DNA of 19,514 nt from a virus. Lineage: Duplodnaviria > Heunggongvirae > Uroviricota > Caudoviricetes. Below are positions 16,439-19,514 of the stretch, in pieces. The position numbers and the translations under genes are program-made. Under the pieces are notes generated by a model, which was given only the letters and a program-made list of their open reading frames with translations, was not told where the DNA came from and did not search any database. Where the stretch lies: the IMG/VR virus record IMGVR_UViG_2585427793_000004, positions 1 to 19,514 of that record, one strand, 5' to 3'. Positions within the stretch are counted from its first letter, which is position 1. Each line of letters starts with the position of its first letter.

Positions 16439-16585
16439 AATCGATTTTACCTATCAATCGTTTGATCGCATTCCCAAAAAAAAGTTTTCGAACCTGCGGC
16501 GATGCGAGGAAGGGTTGGCGGGCGGTCCCGGACAGCCAGGGCTGCAGGGATTTGCCCCGCCCCTCCCTACAAGTGAGAATAATTA
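16439..16585. other. Candidate cos / packaging-site region
   Basis: 147-bp non-coding, GC-rich gap between HNH and small terminase genes, where HK97-like phages place cos. Contains GGTTGGCGGGCGGTCCCGG, loosely reminiscent of lambda cosN. Speculative. Confidence 0.3.
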
Positions 16586-16936
16586 TCACCTGATTCGTTC
16601 GCGCGCTGTTTTCGCTTTATGGCAGGGCCAGCACAGACTCTGCAGGTTGCTGTCTGCGTCTGTTCCGCCATGCGCTTTCGGGATGATGTGGTCGACGGTT
16701 TTCGCCTCGCTCACCACACCGGCACGCAGACACAACTGACACAGACCTTTATCGCGCTTCAGAATACGGGCACGAATCACCGTCCATTTTGAGCCATAGC
16801 CACGCTGGTGGCGGCTCAGTCCGCGCTGGTGCTGCACCCAGCCTTCACCACGATGTTTATCACAGTAGCCAGAGCTGTCTGTTGTTGTGCCTGCGCAGCC
16901 TCGCTTACGACAGGCGCGGGGGATCCGTGATGGCAT
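16586..16936 (-). CDS. HNH endonuclease (terminase-associated)
   Basis: Track ORF 16586-17005 starts at a GTG; the ATG at 16936 has a strong AAGGAG RBS (MPSRIPRACRKRGCAGT...). Cys pairs CxxC...CxxC and the H-x-x-P-x-x-x-G-G motif (DHIIPKAHGGTD...CWPCH) are typical HNH; placement before the terminase is classical for HK97-like phages. Confidence 0.8.
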   Translation of the reverse strand: MPSRIPRACRKRGCAGTTTDSSGYCDKHRGEGWVQHQRGLSRHQRGYGSKWTVIRARILKRDKGLCQLCLRAGVVSEAKTVDHIIPKAHGGTDADSNLQSLCWPCHKAKTARERIR

Positions 16937-16997
16937 TGGAATCTCCTTAATACCGACATTATCGCAGCCCCTCACTGAAGAGCTGCTGTAATGCCTG

Positions 16998-17126
16998 TTA
17001 CTCACGAATCAATCGAGCATGTTGACCGCTCATTTCAACATGTTGACCGCTCATTTCAATGCGTAAGTATTGTGGCTTGCCGTCAATCAACGCGGTGATT
17101 AACTTATCACCTGTAGGTTTCCACAT
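16998..17126 (-). CDS. Small ORF, 42 aa, containing a 21-bp in-frame tandem duplication
   Basis: ATG at 17126 with AGGAGA RBS; translation MWKPTGDKLITALIDGKPQYLRIEMSGQHVEMSGQHARLIRE; TAA at 16998-17000. Below the track's 60-aa cutoff. Coding status uncertain. Confidence 0.3.
   Translation of the reverse strand: MWKPTGDKLITALIDGKPQYLRIEMSGQHVEMSGQHARLIRE
17018..17059. repeat. Perfect 21-bp direct tandem duplication (2 copies)
   Basis: CATGTTGACCGCTCATTTCAA at 17018-17038 and again at 17039-17059, with no mismatches. Confidence 0.95.
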
Positions 17127-17299
17127 AATTTTCTCCTGTTTTAATGCCCCTTGCCGCCGGGCAGTTGATCAAAGTTCATCTTGATTCGGCAAGATTTAGA
17201 ATGAATAAGATAAAATTGGCACACGCAGCAGAATTTCATGCTTTCCGGACGCTGACGCACCCTTCATTTTTCAGCAAAATATTCTGCTCTTACAGGCGA

Positions 17300-17482
17300 T
17301 CAGTTCTGCAGACACTGCCGAACACCGTCGACAATTTCACAGACCTGAGACGCGGTATCGAAAAGCTGGCGCGCCTTATCCAGGCTGACGCACCCCACCA
17401 ATAAAAAAGGCACCAGTATCGCTACCAGTGCCCGTTTCACCGCCGTTCGCGGCATTCTGTGTGTCCAGTGTTTTCGCGCCAT
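17300..17482 (-). CDS. Small putative lipoprotein, 60 aa
   Basis: MARKHWTHRMPRTAVKRALVAILVPFLLVGCVSLDK...: hydrophobic signal segment ending in a lipobox-like LLVGC; mature part ~30 aa with 3 Cys. Not proline-rich, so not a typical o-spanin. Confidence 0.45.
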   Translation of the reverse strand: MARKHWTHRMPRTAVKRALVAILVPFLLVGCVSLDKARQLFDTASQVCEIVDGVRQCLQN

Positions 17483-17486
17483 ATCA

Positions 17487-17597
17487 CCACCAACGCACAG
17501 CCCAAATCAGAACAGCGACCGCCACAAGGCGAATTGCAAAGGCCGCAGCCCTTGTCAAATCAAGGCTCGCGGGAGTTTCCATTTCAATACCTTTCAT
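17487..17597 (-). CDS. Mini membrane protein, 36 aa
   Basis: ATG at 17597 with GAGG RBS; MKGIEMETPASLDLTRAAAFAIRLVAVAVLIWAVRWW; its stop sits 5 nt before the ATG of the lipoprotein gene. Below the track cutoff. Confidence 0.3.
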
Positions 17598-17685
17598 AAT
17601 GGACAACCTCAAAAAGAATCTTTTATACTTTCCCACGAGGATTTTCTCCCTACTCACTAATCACAATTTCCCCTTTGACGTGAAA

Positions 17686-17728
17686 ACTAAAAACCCCGGA
17701 CTGTTCCCCCAGCCGGGGTTTTGTTTTA
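17686..17728 (-). terminator. Rho-independent terminator after the endolysin gene (bidirectional in appearance)
   Basis: AAAACCCCGG-N13-CCGGGGTTTT with T/A runs on both sides; on the - strand the stem is followed by UUUUUAGUUUU and begins right after the endolysin stop at 17730. Confidence 0.7.
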
Positions 17729-17729
17729 C

Positions 17730-18107
17730 TTATCGCTTCAGCTGAAAGTGAGGTCCGTCTTTCAGCGTTTTCCAGTCCCCGCCCCATTCGATAGCGATCC
17801 CCAGCTCTGCGGCAGCCTGCTTAAATGCCTGTGCGATTTTCTCGTACAGAGGCCACTCCCATGACACCTGACTGCCAATGTAGGCCACAACATCCACCGC
17901 ATCACCGGTCAGGTGGCGGCTGTTCATGGTCTGGCTTTTCCCTTCCGCAACCAGCTGTTTCTGGCGATACTTACTGCGCAGGCCTTCCGTAATACCGAAA
18001 TCAACCTCCGTCAGCTCCAGCGCACGGCGAACTACAGCAACCAGCTGTGGTTTGACACCCTCCAGATTTTTTTCACTGCGACGGCTGAATCTGAATTTAC
18101 CCGGCAT
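17730..18107 (-). CDS. Endolysin, peptidase M15-like (L-alanyl-D-glutamate peptidase type)
   Basis: Track ORF starts at a GTG (18113); the ATG at 18107 follows a GAGG RBS (MPGKFRFSRRSEKNLEG...). Zinc-site-like pattern SRHLTGDAVD ... DGPHFQ (H-x-x-x-D ... H) typical of M15 phage endolysins. Confidence 0.75.
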   Translation of the reverse strand: MPGKFRFSRRSEKNLEGVKPQLVAVVRRALELTEVDFGITEGLRSKYRQKQLVAEGKSQTMNSRHLTGDAVDVVAYIGSQVSWEWPLYEKIAQAFKQAAAELGIAIEWGGDWKTLKDGPHFQLKR

Positions 18108-18109
18108 AT

Positions 18110-18385
18110 TCACCTCAACAATGGAAAGATTTTTGTGACGTTCCCGCGTGCGCGTATCACCAGCACGCAGAACAGCAGATTAAAAAACACTTCCAGCCAG
18201 CCCGTTGCTAACGGGCGACCACACAGATAGCTGAGGGGCGCAAAGGCATACAGCAGCATCAGCAGCCAGGCCAGCCATGACACCAGCGGTTTATGTCTGG
18301 AATCACGGCGACGATAAAAAAAGAGCGTCAGCACGATAACCGTGCATAACGCCACATTCAGCAATCCGGGAAGGTTACTTAACAT
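18110..18385 (-). CDS. Lysis-cassette membrane protein (holin or antiholin candidate), 91 aa
   Basis: Track ORF 18110-18439 trimmed to the ATG at 18385 with GGAGG RBS (MLSNLPGLLNVALCTVIVLTLFFYRRRDSRHKPLVSWLAWLLMLLYAF...). At least two hydrophobic helices; immediately upstream of the endolysin. Confidence 0.55.
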   Translation of the reverse strand: MLSNLPGLLNVALCTVIVLTLFFYRRRDSRHKPLVSWLAWLLMLLYAFAPLSYLCGRPLATGWLEVFFNLLFCVLVIRARGNVTKIFPLLR

Positions 18386-18767
18386 TGCCGCCTCCTCCAC
18401 CCCGCAGGCGGGAGAACACACCGGACACCAGCGATGCAATATCCTGCTGGTGGATGAACGAGAGAATCTTCACCGACACCACCGAGACCAGCACCGCGCA
18501 AAGCGCATCTGCTGATGTACCGTCATACCCTGTTTTTGATGCAATCCAGGCTGACAGCACACGCGCTCCCAGCACGCCGACAATAAACGACACCAGAAAA
18601 TGTGCCACCACGCGCCAGACTGAAAGTGACTGTGGCATCGTTGCCACAAATAACGCCCCGGCGAACGCGCCAAACACAATCCCGAAATCCATTCCGGTAA
18701 ACAGCCCGAATACCGTCGCGCCACCCAGCGCCGCAGCCGTGCCGGAACCGGATAAGGGTTCAGACAT
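18375..18767 (-). CDS. Holin-like membrane protein, 130 aa
   Basis: ATG at 18767 with strong AGGAGG RBS; Gly/Ala-rich hydrophobic helices (GLFTGMDFGIVFGAFAGALFVA..., VAHFLVSFIVGVLGARVL...); first gene of the lysis cluster. Confidence 0.6.
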   Translation of the reverse strand: MSEPLSGSGTAAALGGATVFGLFTGMDFGIVFGAFAGALFVATMPQSLSVWRVVAHFLVSFIVGVLGARVLSAWIASKTGYDGTSADALCAVLVSVVSVKILSFIHQQDIASLVSGVFSRLRGGGGGNVK

Positions 18768-18777
18768 ACTTCCTCCT

Positions 18778-18805
18778 GAAAATAAAAAAGGGCCACCAGC
18801 GACCC
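18778..18805 (-). terminator. Weak terminator-like hairpin immediately upstream of the holin RBS
   Basis: Minus-strand RNA GGGUCGCUGGUGGCCC (6-bp stem with two G-U pairs) followed by UUUUUUAUUUU, abutting the holin RBS. Confidence 0.35.
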
Positions 18806-18823
18806 GTAAAAAAACACCCCGTC

Positions 18824-18852
18824 AAAGGCATCCGCAGATGCCTTTTGTGTGA
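18824..18852 (+). terminator. Hairpin with U-tract, canonical in the + orientation
   Basis: AAAGGCATC-cgca-GATGCCTTT followed by TGTGTGATGTTATT on the + strand; on the - strand the same stem is followed by GACGGGGUGUUUUUUU. Confidence 0.4.
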
Positions 18853-18854
18853 TG

Positions 18855-19007
18855 TTATTCAGATTTACGCAGTAAAGGCCGGAGCACGACCAGCGCCATC
18901 ACCACCAGCACACCATCTGCCAGCACCGACATCAGTCGTCCGGTGAAATCAACCACCACTACCAGAAACAACAGGATGACAGCCAGCACAAGGCGCGCAC
19001 TTTTCAC
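18855..19007 (-). CDS. Small hydrophobic peptide, 50 aa from a GTG start (25 aa from the internal ATG)
   Basis: GTG at 19007 preceded by GGAG, overlapping the TerB-like stop. (V)KSARLVLAVILLFLVVVVDFTGRLMSVLADGVLVVMALVVLRPLLRKSE is two hydrophobic helices. Not in the track (under 60 aa). Coding status uncertain. Confidence 0.3.
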   Translation of the reverse strand: MKSARLVLAVILLFLVVVVDFTGRLMSVLADGVLVVMALVVLRPLLRKSE

Positions 19008-19429
19008 AGGTACTGCTCCAGCGGCAACTGCAGCGCCTGCGCAATTTTCTTCAGTTGCGCTTCTTCTTCCTGAGCGATACCGTCCTGGTCAGCGATATCC
19101 AGACACAGGCACAGCACATTAACTGCATCATCAGTACCGGCAACATCAGCCAGCTGACGAAGAGCTTCGGCATTGGCAGAACGCGGCGACGCTTCATAAC
19201 GGGCGCGGATATTTGCACTCATTTGTGCAATCTCACCGGAGAACGGCGCAAAGGCAGGAAGTGCTGCAATGGTTTTTTCCAGTACCGCGATTTCTTTCGC
19301 GTCACAGGTGCCGTCAGCGTATGCAATGGAGTACGCGCCCCAGACGGTCGCCTCCACTGCGTCACGGTTCTCCATCTTCTTCACTTCGGTAATGGCCTTG
19401 CGGGTTTTCTTTTTGAAAATACCAAACAT
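19004..19429 (-). CDS. TerB-like domain protein (tellurite-resistance TerB / DjlA-N-like fold), 141 aa
   Basis: ATG at 19429 with AAAAGGAAAAG RBS. Amphipathic helical protein with acidic C-terminal half (LCLCLDIADQDGIAQEEEAQLKKIAQ) that resembles TerB-family proteins; family call is from pattern memory only. Confidence 0.55.
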   Translation of the reverse strand: MFGIFKKKTRKAITEVKKMENRDAVEATVWGAYSIAYADGTCDAKEIAVLEKTIAALPAFAPFSGEIAQMSANIRARYEASPRSANAEALRQLADVAGTDDAVNVLCLCLDIADQDGIAQEEEAQLKKIAQALQLPLEQYL

Positions 19430-19514
19430 CGTGACTTTTCCTTTTAGTGGGTGAGCCTGCGCCCGGGGGTGACCAGCCCACAGAGAAAGTCACACTGACC
19501 ATCCCGTAAGCTCA

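Larger units (their letters stand above)
9250..19514 (-). mobile_element. Late region of a resident HK97-like (lambdoid) prophage, truncated at 9249 by the Mu-like insertion
   Basis: Uninterrupted minus-strand order: TerB-like, hydrophobic peptide, holin, second membrane protein, endolysin, terminator, lipoprotein pair, small ORF, HNH, TerS, TerL, small membrane protein, portal, protease, MCP, connector, adaptor, gp10-like, neck-like. No tail genes follow. Confidence 0.7.

Noticed and set aside
16586-17005. Longer N-terminal extensions given in the ORF track for the HNH gene and several others (8242-8922, 3866-4333, 4306-4629, 4608-4877, 2193-2486, 12136-12822, 9624-10187, 10114-10563, 18110-18439)
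   Set aside because: The extended starts are GTG/TTG or lack an RBS and often run into the upstream gene; internal ATG codons with clear Shine-Dalgarno sequences were preferred.
17144-17404. 86-aa + strand ORF in the HNH to lipoprotein interval
   Set aside because: Antisense to the lipoprotein gene, no RBS, sole + strand candidate within a - strand operon.
1-19514. Possibility that the window is one mosaic phage genome rather than two nested elements
   Set aside because: A transposable-phage genome would have its late genes downstream of B on the same strand (toward position 1, where a lysozyme gene indeed begins), not beyond its repressor-proximal end. The HK97-type module lies outside the Mu-type end repeats and is missing its tail genes.
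1-19514. CRISPR arrays, rRNA or tRNA genes
   Set aside because: No regularly spaced direct repeats and no rRNA-like or cloverleaf-like segments were noticed by eye; the only tandem repeat is the two-copy 21-mer at 17018-17059. A tRNA scan program would be needed to exclude tRNAs formally.
19430-19514. Inverted repeat GTGACTTT ... AAAGTCAC (about 45 bp apart) upstream of the TerB-like gene
   Set aside because: Could be a promoter-proximal operator, but the arms are short and the window ends here, so the context cannot be judged.

Overview
The whole window is prophage DNA and reads as two phages nested in one another. Positions 1 to about 9249 are the left ~9.2 kb of a Mu-like transposable prophage in inverted orientation: repressor on the + strand, then on the - strand ner, a DDE transposase (A), the AAA+ transposition ATPase (B), a run of small early genes including Gam, GemA and Mor, an AT-rich secreted-protein gene, a terminator, and the start of a GH108-type lysozyme gene that runs off the window. 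The Mu-type end lies at about 9090-9249 and carries three direct TTTGATACYA repeats. Positions 9250-19514 are the late region of an HK97-like lambdoid prophage, all on the - strand: TerB-like gene, lysis cassette (two membrane proteins plus an M15 endolysin), HNH endonuclease, small and large terminase, portal, prohead protease, major capsid, head-tail connector, adaptor, gp10-like and a neck/tail-terminator-like gene. That operon stops abruptly at the Mu-like end, so the Mu-like phage appears to have transposed into the resident prophage just after its head-completion genes. No rRNA, tRNA or CRISPR array was recognised. All family assignments are from reading translated motifs and from memory of phage Mu; no database search was run. 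The best candidates for undescribed biology are uncharacterised cargo genes: the secreted protein coupled to mor, a 60-aa membrane protein between terminase and portal, a lipoprotein/mini-membrane-protein pair, and a TerB-like/hydrophobic-peptide pair.
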